A stretch of 63,863 bases of DNA, the filler included, from Octopus bimaculoides (taxonomy: Eukaryota), in the NCBI RefSeq assembly GCF_001194135.2. It is 6 parts of 6 records of this genome, joined end to end, with 100 filler letters (N's around TTAATTAATTAA, not from the genome) between each part and the next. Parts side by side here need not be neighbours in the genome. Positions count along the whole stretch, not along the records: positions 31,040 to 47,198 come from NC_068999.1; positions 47,299 to 60,777 come from NC_068985.1; 4 more parts are not named here. One strand, written 5' to 3'. The stretch's first letter is position 1. Every line of letters begins with the position of its first letter. Both the position numbers and the translations under genes were made by a program. The notes beneath the pieces are model-generated. The model worked only from the letters and a program-made list of their open reading frames with translations, made no database searches and was not told where the DNA came from. Below are positions 39,357-51,515 of this stretch, in pieces.

Positions 39357-39737
39357 ACCGGAAGTAATATTTAGTGCTGCAGAAAAAAAAAACGGAAGTA
39401 AGGTTGGACTTGGTATGTATTTAAAGCTGAGAACACAGCGCCCTCTTGCGAGAATATCAGGAGCGGTATTGGTATCTGTATGTGCAGAAATAAGGAAGGA
39501 AACCGATCGTAGGGAACTGATTGTTTATTGGGGAGGGAATGGGGGATTTTGGTGGAAATCTGCGTACGTGTATGTGTGTGTCAGTGTGTGTGTGTATTTC
39601 TGTGAGCGAATGCATGCGCGCGCATATAAATATGTGGGTAAGATAAAGGAAAGTTTGAGAATGTGATTGTGAACGAGACTATGCATGCTCTTGTGTTTCT
39701 TTGTAGAAAACTGCTTGCGTGTTTGTGAGCTTATATG

Positions 39738-39823
<86 letters not shown>

Positions 39824-40170
39824 AAGATACACAGGTAGATAGATAGATAAATAGATAGATAGACAAACAGATTGGTAGATACACAGACAGATTGATAGAT
39901 AGACAGACAGACAGAGACAGACAGATTGATAGCTAGATAGATAGATAGATAGATAGATAGAGAGGGAGAGAGAGAGAGAGAGAGAGAGAGTAAGAAAGAA
40001 AGAGACAGACAGACAGACAGCTAGGGAGATACGCTTATGTATATTTACGCGTGAGTGAGTGTGTGTGTTTAATTTTCTACAAACATTATCTCATTATATT
40101 TTCTCAAAATGGCGGTATTAGTTAAACGAACATAGAACAACTAGTCGCTTTCAAATGAAACGCCATGTTT
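39357..40170. promoter_or_regulatory. Candidate promoter motif cluster (2 ETS, CTCF-like, 2 YY1-like)
   Basis: accggaagt 39357, acggaagt 39392, agcgccctcttgcga 39437-39451, caaaatggcgg 40105, cgccatgttt near 40161; motif matches only. Confidence 0.35.
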
Positions 40171-41151
40171 AAGATGTAAATGGAGAACTTCATTTACAAA
40201 AGCTAAAAATTGCTGTTTATATAATTTCGCAACGAATTCCTCCAGTCACCCTAACCCAGAAGATTTCGACTCTGCATGATCTGATCTGCTTCACGCTCCA
40301 ACAAATTACGGAATCCTACCTTTTTATTTACCCTTTTTCATAAGTCTTAATTTAGACATAAATCTATGAACGTTGAGCGGTAAATATGCTAGCGTTCATT
40401 ATACATGCAAAATGCCTTATTTTAACCGCCAGCACACACACACACATAATTTGTTTCTATATTGATATATATATATATATATCGAAACGCCGGTGTTAAA
40501 ACGTGGGTAGCTGATGAAGTAGAATGTTCTCTATGTGGCTCGTGTGTTCTCGTCTACGTTTGTTTGCAATGTCCTGTACCCAGATATGCACCTATACATA
40601 CAGGTGGATGTCGGTATGCACATACCTGTACGTATATATGCATATACTCATTTACTTTTGTTTATATATATATATATATGTATATATGTTATTTATATAT
40701 TTGGGTTCGTGTATATGAGTATGTGTGTATGTGTGTGGTGTACATTAGACATGTCAGATATCATAACGCTTTATTAACTTAATTAACTCTGTAAAATGAA
40801 GTACAAACATACTAAAAATAAAAAGAAAAAATAAAGAAAAGAAAAATAAAACCTTCTCCGCTTAGGATCTCGAAGAAAAATTTGGCGAGACAGAACAAAA
40901 CTGATTTCGAACCCCGAGTCGGGGAGTTAATCTGAGAATTCAAGATGGCGTTCGATGACTTTTGGTTTATTTATTCCTTTAAGTGTTTCAGCTTTAAAGC
41001 TGCGGTCATGCTGGAGCACTATTTATCATTATTTTATTTTATTTTACTTTACTTTATTTTATTTATTGAAATGGAAGGGGTCCAGCTGATAGTTACGCAT
41101 CTCTCTTTGACAGACAGACAGATAGACAGACATACAGAAAGACAGACAGAC

Positions 41152-41201
<50 letters not shown>

Positions 41202-41851
41202 ACAGACGTACGGACAGACTGGCAGGCAGACAGAGAGAGACAGAAAGAGAGTTAGATAGAGACAGATACAGACAGACAGACGGACAGACGGACGGACTAG
41301 CAGACAGTTAGACAGACAAGCTCAGACGTTTGTTCTATTTTTTCCTCAAGTAATAACAATGGCTTTCGAGTACACATCGTATTTCCTTCAGCCTGTCTGC
41401 CCGCCTGCCTGGCTGTACATCTTNNNNNNNNNNNNNNNNNNNNNNNNNNNNNNNNNNNNNNNNNNNNNNNNNNNNNNNNNNNNNNNNNNNNNNNNNNNNN
41501 NNNNNNNNNNNNNNNNNNNNNNNNNNNNNNNNNNNNNNNNNNNNNNNNNNNNNNNNNNNNNNNNNNNNNNNNNNNNNNNNNNNNNNNNNNNNNNNNNNNN
41601 NNNNNNNNNNNNNNNNNNNNNNNNNNNNNNNNNNNNNNNNNNNNNNNNNNNNNNNNNNNNNNNNNNNNNNNNNNNNNNNNNNNNNNNNNNNNNNNNNNNN
41701 NNNNNNNNNNNNNNNNNNNNNNNNNNNNNNNNNNNNNNNNNNTATCGTCGAACCACCCTGATTCTTCCAATAGACACGTTAGTCAGGAATTTTCGTCCTC
41801 CATTTCTCGCTACTAATCACATAATCTCTCTCCCCCCCTCTCTCTCTATCT

Positions 41852-41885
<34 letters not shown>

Positions 41886-43796
41886 TTATCTCTCTCTCTC
41901 ACACACCCGCGCTCTCTCCTTCACACACACATACACACAGACAAACACAAATGCACACACACACAAATATACACTCTCTGTCACCCACACACACACTGTC
42001 ACACACACACACACACTTTCTCTCTCTCTTACACACATCTCTCTCTCTCTCTCTCTCGCTCTCTCACGCATACACACAGACACTCTCTTTCGCCCTCTCT
42101 CACACACTCACACACTCTCGCTCGCGCTTTATCTCTCCTTCTCTCACACACACATATTGTCTCTCTCTCTCTCACTCACTCTTTCCCTCTCTCTCTTTCT
42201 CTCTATCATTCCATATCTCTGTCCACACACCCCCTAACCCATCCCCTCTGCATTCTATTCTATCTCAAGTCCTTGCTTATCAAAGCTACCCACAACGTGT
42301 ACACACACACACACTCATACTTTCCTCCTCTCACTTTTCCTCAATTTCTCTTCCTCTTTCCCTCCCACTGTTTTACTCTTCTATCTTCTCATCCACTTCC
42401 CCCCCCTCTCTCTCTTCGCCTTTTGTCCTTGATACATTTCCCGTTCTATTTAATTAGATTTATAGCATTGATATAAAATTATACAATGGATAGATAACCG
42501 CTAACTACATCGATGGCCACCAACAACCATGCATTATGGGATATACCCACACACGAACACTTATATATACATACATACATACATACACACACACACATAC
42601 ATATGTGTATATGTATATATGTATATATGTATATATATNNNNNNNNNNNNNNNNNNNNNNNNNNNNNNNNNNNNNNNNNNNNNNNNNNNNNNNNNNNNNN
42701 NNNNNNNNNNNNNNNNNNNNNNNNNNNNNNNNNNNNNNNNNNNNNNNNNNNNNNNNNNNNNNNNNNNNNNNNNNNNNNNNNNNNNNNNNNNNNNNNNNNN
42801 NNNNNNNNNNNNNNNNNNNNNNNNNNNNNNNNNNNNNNNNNNNNNNNNNNNNNNNNNNNNNNNNNNNNNNNNNNNNNNNNNNNNNNNNNNNNNNNNNNNN
42901 NNNNNNNNNNNNNNNNNNNNNNNNNNNNNNNNNNNNNNNNNNNNNNNNNNNNNNNNNNNNNNNNNNNNNNNNNNNNNNNNNNNNNNNNNNNNNNNNNNNN
43001 NNNNNNNNNNNNNNNNNNNNNNNNNNNNNNNNNNNNNNNNNNNNNNNNNNNNNNNNNNNNNNNNNNNNNNNNNNNNNNNNNNNNNNNNNNNNNNNNNNNN
43101 NNNNNNNNNNNNNNNNNNNNNNNNNNNNNNNNNNNNNNNNNNNNNNNNNNNNNNNNNNNNNNNNNNNNNNNNNNNNNNNNNNNNNNNNNNNNNNNNNNNN
43201 NNNNNNNNNNNNNNNNNNNNNNNNNNNNNNNNNNNNNNNNNNNNNNNNNNNNNNNNNNNNNNNNNNNNNNNNNNNNNNNNNNNNNNNNNNNNNNNNNNNN
43301 NNNNNNNNNNNNNNNNNNNNNNNNNNNNNNNNNNNNNNNNNNNNNNNNNNNNNNNNNNNNNNNNNNNNNNNNNNNNNNNNNNNNNNNNNNNNNNNNNNNN
43401 NNNNNNNNNNNNNNNNNNNNNNNNNNNNNNNNNNNNNNNNNNNNNNNNNNNNNNNNNNNNNNNNNNNNNNNNNNNNNNNNNNNNNNNNNNNNNNNNNNNN
43501 NNNNNNNNNNNNNNNNNNNNNNNNNNNNNNNNNNNNNNNNNNNNNNNNNNNNNNNNNNNNNNNNGGGATGCGTGTGTGTTTGCGCGTGTATTTGGAGTGT
43601 GTGTGTATGTGTGTGTGTGTGTGTTGTGTGTGTTGTGTGTGTTGTGTGTGTTGTGTGTGTTGTGTGTGGTGTCAATATGTATGTGTTTGTGTGTAGGCGT
43701 GTGTTTCCGTGTCCGTGTTTCTTTGTCTGAGTTTGTGTCAGTGTGTGTATGTGTGTTTATGTATATCTGTATGAGCGCACGAGCGAGCGCGTGCTT

Positions 43797-43831
<35 letters not shown>

Positions 43832-44120
43832 NNNNNNNNNNNNNNNNNNNNNNNNNNNNNNNNNNNNNNNNNNNNNNNNNNNNNNNNNNNNNNNNNNNNN
43901 NNNNNNNNNNNNNNNNNNNNNNNNNNNNNNNTGTATGCGTGTATATGAGTTTAAGTGTGTGTATGTGTGTGTGTGTGTGTGCATGAATGTGTTTGCTTGT
44001 ACGCGTGCGCAAGTGTATATATGTGCATGTCTGAGAATATATATGCGTGTATGTATTATGTATGTGCGTATGCGTGTATATTTGTGCATGTGTATATGTG
44101 TTCATGTGTGTAAGTGCGCG

Positions 44121-44151
<31 letters not shown>

Positions 44152-44206
44152 GTATCTGTGTGTGTGTGTATGTATGTATATGTATATATATGTATGTATG
44201 TATATG

Positions 44207-44261
<55 letters not shown>

Positions 44262-44322
44262 ATATATACATTCCGTCAACTGAATCCACACACACACACA
44301 CATATTCCCACACACGCACGCA

Positions 44323-44368
<46 letters not shown>

Positions 44369-44372
44369 TACA

Positions 44373-44533
44373 TAAACGACGGGCTTCTTTCAGTTTCCGT
44401 CAACTAAATCCACTCACAGGGCTTTGGTTTGCCGAGGTCAATAGTTGGTCGATCGCCCAAGGTGCCACGCAGTGGGACTGAACCCGGAACCATTTGGTTG
44501 GGAAGCAAACTTCATTTCAACACAGCCACGCCT
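44373..44533 (-). mobile_element. SINE family B head
   Basis: acgacgggcttctttcagtttccgtc...cccaaggtgccacgcagtgggactgaacccggaacc...cacagccacgcc. Confidence 0.85.
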
Positions 44534-44927
44534 TTGCTAGAAATATTTTTAAAATATTTTTTCTGGCCCTGAACATGACTCGTAATTTTTTATAGGTCGG
44601 AGTTAGTTCACGAATTTTATAGGTCATTCACGTGACTGAAACCTGTTATTGTGCACTGAAGACACAGGAGCTCTGTAATTGAGTTAAACTCCTAATTACT
44701 ACCTAAAACGCTTAATCACTTTCCAGCCTTATATACATCCAGCTGTTACACAAAGCTATCTATCTGCTTAAACATCTGATCTAACGATGACTAATCTAGA
44801 TTTTTTAGGTCATCCTTCTTTCTTGTCCTGTTACTATTATAAGTCTGAGCTAAAGCAGTCACCTGCTTTGATTCGCTTGCGAGATGGACAAAATGCTTAG
44901 CGACAATTCTTCCGGCTCTTTACGTTT

Positions 44928-45784
44928 TGAGTTCAAATCGGATCAAGCCTCGACCTCCTAGGGTTCTGGGAAGGTAAAGATGATCTGCGTCTGCCTTTAG
45001 GTGGTGCATTTTATTGCAAGTCAGCAGCTTACGGATTTTCCTGTCAATCTTCGCTCATATTCCGGTTCAACGCATTGAAGCTGTAAATAACAACCGGAAG
45101 TGCTAAAGAATATATGGCCAACACCTTGTTACATGCATTTAACTCGGATTTTAGGACTGCTCGAACTCTCCTGTAACACTCCGTCCTGATCTTTTCTTTC
45201 ATACTTGCATGTTGAATGCCAGAGCCATCATTTATTACGAGGTATTTGTAAGTTTGTTCCTGCTTGAGTTCTTTTATGACTGTCACGATCCAACACCACT
45301 GAATGTGAGGTCTTCAGTTTCCCTCTCTGGAAAGTGGCCTTGGCACATTTATCAATACCATATTCCATCCCGATGTCACCACTGAATGCTTTCACAGTAC
45401 GTAGCAGTCCTTCAAGCTCATTATCCTCTTTGCCATAGAGTTTTAAGTCATCCATATAAAATAGATGTCTTATTTTTTTGTCGTCAATTTTATATTCATA
45501 CCCTGTTCTGTTAAGTTCACTTGTAAAGGGCATTAGAGCTATGCAGAAAACTAAAGGCGAGAGTGAGTCACCTTGGAAAATGCTGCAGCTGATATTAATA
45601 TTTTTTGTGGTCCAGTACTCCATTAAAGTGGTATAATTGGAGATTCGTATTCCACATCGACATGTTGTGCTTCAGGAAGTTTGAAATCACAGGAGAAATT
45701 TTGAAGATATCCAGTGATTTTAAGATCCATGAATGCGATATGCTGAATGTCGATATGCTGTCGAATGCGATATGCTGCCAGTGA

Positions 45785-45789
<5 letters not shown>
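44928..45789 (-). pseudogene. R4/Dong-type reverse transcriptase fragment, 5'-truncated at (TTA)n
   Basis: IFQGDSLSPLVFCIAL, HLFYMDDLKLY, DIGMEYGIDKCAK, YKYL, KIRKLLTCNKMHH, YLPR..GRGLI motifs. Confidence 0.9.
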
Positions 45790-45851
<62 letters not shown>

Positions 45852-45852
<1 letters not shown>

Positions 45853-46010
45853 TCGTAAAATACTTTAGGAATGAGAACCCAGGTTCGAAATTTCCCCAAG
45901 ACATCTGATGAAGCCGAAACGTAAGATGAGGACAAATATCCGTCAAATGTAAATAATGTAAATAATGTACATAATTCCTCATCTCTTAAATATAGAACTG
46001 CATCAAACAG
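45852..46010 (+). mobile_element. Probable PLE pseudo-LTR fragment with collapsed hammerhead core
   Basis: CTGATGA (45905-45911) AGCC GAAAC (45916-45920); inserted next to (AAT)n; PLE assignment inferred. Confidence 0.5.
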
Positions 46011-46128
46011 AAATACAAAATGTGTTTCAAATGTTAAATGATGAAGTAGAAAATCGAACTGTCGACTCACGGTGTGAAAAGGCGGTTGGCATTACCAGTG
46101 ACACGGACTCGTGGTACCAAGGTGGTAC

Positions 46129-46158
46129 TAACCCTAACCCTAACCCTAACCCTAACCC
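46129..46158. repeat. Interstitial telomeric repeat (TAACCC)5
   Basis: Five perfect units. Confidence 0.95.
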
Positions 46159-46264
46159 TTTGACTGCGGTGATTAAATTTCACGGCCATTATGATGTTAA
46201 TTATCCACCATAAAATAGAATTGATATTTTCTTCTTCTGCTATACTTATTTGAAATCTCTAGTA

Positions 46265-46539
46265 CAGGGGTTTTCAAACTGTGGTCCGCGGACCACAGGG
46301 GGTCCGTGGACAGCAAATACTTTTTATGGGCAATTTGATTTTATATATGTTTTTTAATCGAAATCTTTTAATTGACAATAAACCTATTTGTTAAATACTG
46401 TTAAATAAATAAATGTAAAAATATATGTTATTTTAAGCAAATATTTATGTATAAATTTCATAAGTGTTTATAAGGGGGTCCCTAAGGTAAAGCCTGAAAT
46501 ATAAAGGGGTCCGCAAGTCAAAAAGTTTGAAAACCCCTG
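46265..46539. mobile_element. hAT (Charlie/Buster-like) MITE, 275 bp
   Basis: Perfect 16-bp TIRs caggggttttcaaact / agtttgaaaacccctg; perfect 8-bp TSD ctctagta (46257-46264 and 46540-46547). Confidence 0.95.
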
Positions 46540-46559
46540 CTCTAGTAGGAGTATTTTTT

Positions 46560-46950
46560 TAAGCCTGGTATTTATTCTGTCAGCTTCTTTTGCCGAACCA
46601 CTAAGTTACGGGGACATAAACACACCAACACCGGTTGTCAAGCAGTGATGGCGGACAAATACATACGCATGCATGCACGCACAGACTCACACACACACAC
46701 ACAAATTTATGTATGTATGTATGTATGTATGCATGTATCTATGTATCTATGTATGTATGTATGCGCGCTCATCTGTCCCATCATCATTACCGTTTGTCAA
46801 CCAGTGTTGGTTTGTTTACGTTTAAATTAGAGGTTCGGCAAATTAAAACGACAGAATAAGTTCCAGACTTAGTGGGGGTGATTTGTTCGACTAAACCATT
46901 CAAGGCAGCGCTGCAGCATGGCCGCATGAATGAAATAAGTAGGAGGTTAA
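46560..46950. mobile_element. Two SINE-B bodies in divergent orientation around a microsatellite
   Basis: Minus copy 46560-46665, plus copy about 46770-46950. Confidence 0.7.
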
Positions 46951-46974
46951 AGATGAAATATAGAAGGATTTCAG

Positions 46975-47195
46975 TTTAAGCTTTGTTATTTACGAAAAGG
47001 ATTTTTCGATATCCAGTGAACTTTCAGTTGTGCTTGTAATTCATATTGATCAAGGAATACATCAAATCCATATATGGATTATTGAGAAAAATCTATAGAC
47101 AAGGAATATCATCTATAAGACTTCACGCTGAAGGCGAAGAGATCAATATCGAACGAGGTGTAAGTCAATGAGATGTCAAATCATCCAATCTCTTT
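46975..47195 (+). pseudogene. RTE-like LINE RT fragment
   Basis: FVIYEK(AFD-like)...QGI...IRLHAEGEEINIERGVSQ*D (RGVRQGD motif). Confidence 0.65.
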
Positions 47196-47422
47196 TTTNN
47201 NNNNNNNNNNNNNNNNNNNNNNNNNNNNNNNNNNNNNNNNNNTTAATTAATTAANNNNNNNNNNNNNNNNNNNNNNNNNNNNNNNNNNNNNNNNNNNNAC
47301 TCACTTGTTCTACTTACTTGTCAATTATTGAGTTAGTGATTTGTGTCTTTGGAGTTAATTTAACTCCAATTTTAACATAAATAGTGCTGGCCAGCACCCT
47401 CCATCACTTTTGTGACCTCTCT

Positions 47423-47562
<140 letters not shown>

Positions 47563-47599
47563 ATATGTATATAAATCCGAAGGAATTCTACAATTCTGC

Positions 47600-47790
47600 A
47601 GGAGGCAGATTGATAGATCCGTTAGATCGTCATTTTGAATACCTGACAATATTTGTTCCAACGTTCAGTACTCAGAGTTCGAATCCCGCCGATTTTGCCT
47701 CTCTTCTTTTCAGGGTCGCTAAAATATCTTAACTATTCGGGAAGATTATTGATTGATAAAATCGTTATAGTGTTGAACGTGAAGTCTTTT
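47600..47790 (+). mobile_element. SINE family A variant
   Basis: cagagttcgaatcccgccga...cttttcagggtcgctaaaata. Confidence 0.55.
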
Positions 47791-48149
47791 GCAACCTGTT
47801 CCATCTGTGTACGTTCCGAGTTCAGACTGCTGACTTACAGACTTACCATCAATTGTAAGGTTATTGCGAAATGATGACATTTCGTCCGTAGTTATAGAGT
47901 CTGTCAATAAAAAGTGTAACGAAGCTGCAAGACTAAAACGGCATAAGTCGATTAGAACTCTACCCATTCGGGTTATACAACACGAATATCACACACACAT
48001 GATTACCTGTCACACGTACGCAGGTGTAACCTGGAAGCCTATACAAACCTTTCGCTAATTCTTTGAGGTGCTTATATAGCTGTGAGCATACATAGGCACC
48101 TTGTCGGCCCGCTCAATCTTGACCCAGTGGACCATAGAAATTGTGGCTG

Positions 48150-48305
48150 CCCTAGCAGTTGGATGGTAATAATTTTCAGTTGAGTAGGCTGGAGCAACGT
48201 GAAATGATGTACCTTGCTCAAGAATAATGCACCGCCTGGTTCAGCAATCGAACCAATGTCCTTATACTCGTGAGACCAACACCTGGTCAGCTGAACCACA
48301 CACCT
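48150..48305 (-). mobile_element. Third tRNA-derived SINE with CORE-like central domain
   Basis: Minus strand: A-box-like tggttcagctg, B-box ggttcgattg, then cttgagcaagg...tttcacgttgctccag. Confidence 0.65.
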
Positions 48306-48471
48306 TCACACTTCACACACATGGCACATTATGTCCGAATAGTTAAAAAACTCGCTTCGCAATTATTGTGATCTAAGATCATATATTTATATGCATATGC
48401 ATGCATGCACGCATGCATACATACATACATACATACATATACATATGTATATATATATATGTGTGTGTGTA

Positions 48472-48550
<79 letters not shown>

Positions 48551-48624
48551 ATGTATATATNNNNNNNNNNNNNNNNNNNNNNNNNNNNNNNNNNNNNNNN
48601 NNNNNNNNNNNNNNNNNNNNNNNN

Positions 48625-48656
<32 letters not shown>

Positions 48657-48679
48657 CAAAAATTAGCACGAAGCATTTA

Positions 48680-49320
48680 AAGTCCCAACTCAACCGCCGA
48701 AAAGCACCATAATAACAAAATAACAGTAAGTGAGGAAACGGGTAAAGAATTAAGAAATTAAAAAGCATATCATTATACCATTAAAGATAATGCCATTCAG
48801 ATGCTCATATACCCATGGTTTCGGGTGCTGGCCCAATTGGCCTCAACCTTTATCAGTATGAGTTACTGAAAAAAAAATCCAAATCCGCCACGTTATAAGT
48901 CCATTAGCGTCCTGGTTTGTTTTGCGCCAAAACCAGTCCACACGATGTAAATATATTTATGAGCAAAATATCCGAATGCTTACATTCGCAACAAGATATT
49001 ACTATTGTTAATATCATCTGTGGTGAATATTTTAAATTGATAATATTAACAACAGTAACATAGGCGGTTCCAGGTTTAATAGCATTATATAGCTATAAAA
49101 TTAAAAATTGTCACGAAGCATAAGGATGCGCGAAGCATCAACCTGTTTAGAAATAGAAGTTAAATTCCCAATTCAACCGCCGAAGAACGCCATAATAACA
49201 GAAAATAATAGTAAGCGAGGAAACGGGTAAAGAATTAAGAAACTAAAAAGCATGCTATTAAAAATCATGCTATTCAGATGCTCATATACCATGGTTTCGG
49301 GTGCTAGCCCAATGGGCCTC
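48680..49320 (+). repeat. Diverged ~160-bp direct repeat pair
   Basis: 48680-48844 vs 49162-49320 share tcaaccgccgaa...gaggaaacgggtaaagaattaagaaa...ttcagatgctcatata...tttcgggtgct.gcccaat. Confidence 0.85.
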
Positions 49321-49351
49321 TCTCTGTATATATATATATATATATATATAT

Positions 49352-50162
49352 GCACGCAGAGTAAAGCCACTTGGCACACATTGATCTTAAACTCTGTTGT
49401 GCTGGTGCACTGAGTTTTAACGTTTTAACTAACTTCCGCTGTTTACAGCAGTGCTTGGAAGGAAGGTGTGTAACGTGTGATCGTCGCATTGACCACGACA
49501 GAGGAAGTTGAGCAGAGGATCTGCATCAAATTTTGCCAAAAGTTTGGCGATACCTGCTGAGAGGCTTACGCAATGTTTTCAAAAAGTTTTCATCGTTCTC
49601 GACATAATCAAGGAGATCTTGTGCGACAGAAACCCGAGTGACATTTTGGTCAGCTGAAATCAGTTTTGGCACAAAGTTGACAGACACACGTCTCATACCC
49701 AATCTTCAGTGATAATGGACTGAACTGAACCGTAACTAATCTGCAAATCCTCTGATAACTCACGGATGTTGATTCGACGATTTCCCCGCACAGCTGCGAT
49801 GTTTTTCTTAGTTCTGCTGGTTGCTGGTCTCCCAGAATGTTTGTCAATCTTAGAAACGTCTGAACCACTCGTACACTTGTGTGCAGCTCATACACCCCTC
49901 TCCATACACTTCCTGCAACTTTGTGAAGACCTCTGAGTAGGTATCGCCATGACAACTTTCTTTGTCATGGTTGATGCGACGATCACACGCTACACACCTT
50001 CCTTCCAAGCACTGGTGTGAACAGCAGAAATGATCCAGAGCGTTAAAACTTAGTGCGCATGCACTGTAGAGCTCAAAGACAATTTTTGCCAAGTGACTTT
50101 ACTCTGCGTGCTTTAGCTTCGTTAGTATGGCAACAGTCCGGATACTTATTGATCAGACCTTG
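49352..50162. mobile_element. Two convergent mariner 5' halves (fold-back structure)
   Basis: Plus half 49352-49590; minus half 49573-50162 with TIR cagtccggatacttattgatcagaccttg+TA and GDTYSEVFTKLQEVYGEGCMSCTQVYEWFRRF, FVPKL motifs. Confidence 0.85.
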
Positions 50163-50491
50163 TATGTATATGTACTCTACATGCAACGTTTGAGTTGAGG
50201 TCTTTCCATAGTAAATAATTGACATCCTTTGCTTAACAACCAAAACATTAAGATATGTGTGTGTGTGTGTGTGAGAGTGTATGTGTATGTGTGTGTATGT
50301 GTGTATGTTTGTGTGTGTGTGAGTGTGTGTGTATGCATACATATATATATGTACGTATTATGTATGTGTATCTGTATAATCTTAATATATAGAAGTTATA
50401 AGGTAGGCGACCTTTTCAAATAACTGTAATATATTTATAATGCAGAATATAAGCATACAGAAGTATTTTGGTAAGGAGAGAGAGAAAGAGG

Positions 50492-50541
<50 letters not shown>

Positions 50542-51374
50542 GAGAGAAAGAGAAAGAGAGAGTATACCTTTTAAGTTATGGAAGGAAACCATTCCCACCA
50601 ACCAGTCATAATATGCATTGGTATTGACTGCCTATTTATGTATGTATGCATATAAATAGAGGATATTAGTTTTGTATGTATAAAAAAAAACAAGAAATTG
50701 TTTCTGAATGTTTATTTTCTATGGACGGAAATTGATTTTGTCAATTAAAAATCTTCAAACTCTTAAAAGACATCTCCATGTTAGATGTCTGAATGGTCTT
50801 TATTTAAATGACAGCAGGAAAAACAATAAAATGCTTTTTGTTTTTTCATGAATAATATAAATGTACAATTCGTTTTATTCCACATCGTACTATACAGTTA
50901 AAAAAACAAAATGTTTGTCTTATTTCTCTAAGATAGTTGTGCATCCGTCTATGTATATAAATATGTCTGATTAAGTGGTAAAAGTGGAAGAAAATAAATG
51001 TTTTCTGCATTTGTATTCACTGCATTCGTAACGTCTTCTGCTCGTGTTTTATAGTCCTGTATTAGTTTCGGATATTTGTTATCTGAAAATACAAATTTAA
51101 CATGGTACAAACTTACTTGAATATCACAGTTTTCGTAGTATGAAGCGCCTTGAATATCACTAAGTAAATTTGACCTGAACTACAAAAATATTTTAATTTA
51201 CTAGTAAAATTTTTGCTTTGGGCTACTCTCTAATATGAGTCTTTTCCATCTTTTTTTTGGGGGGGGGGAAATTTGGAACTTTTTAATGAAATTGAATTGG
51301 AAACCATGCAGTGCAGTAAACAGTGCCCTAAATACCTGTAAAATGGGCCTCTTTATGTCTCAAATATTAAGAAA

Positions 51375-51450
51375 TATCAGAATCCAGGTTAAAGTTAGTT
51401 GGATCGCAGCTCGAACAGCACTGTTTCTCTCATGGACAGCTCTGTGAGAA
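51375..51450 (+). pseudogene. Helitron/Pif1 helicase C-terminal scrap (duplicated at +250)
   Basis: SRLKLVGSQLEQHCFSHGQL resembles QxLKxVGLDLxxPCFSHGQL. Confidence 0.55.
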
Positions 51451-51515
51451 GACTGAAAAATCTTTGCCTAAACGCAATAAATGAGGAAAAAATACCTTGT
51501 TCCTCNNNNNNNNNN

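Noticed and set aside
51021-51174. Two minus-strand exons (51117-51174 and one starting at 51082)
   Set aside because: The intron between them would be only 34 nt and the open frames are not phase-compatible
51330-51470. Minus-strand exon with in-frame TGA (possible selenocysteine)
   Set aside because: The plus strand encodes a recognisable Helitron FSHGQL motif; no SECIS evidence
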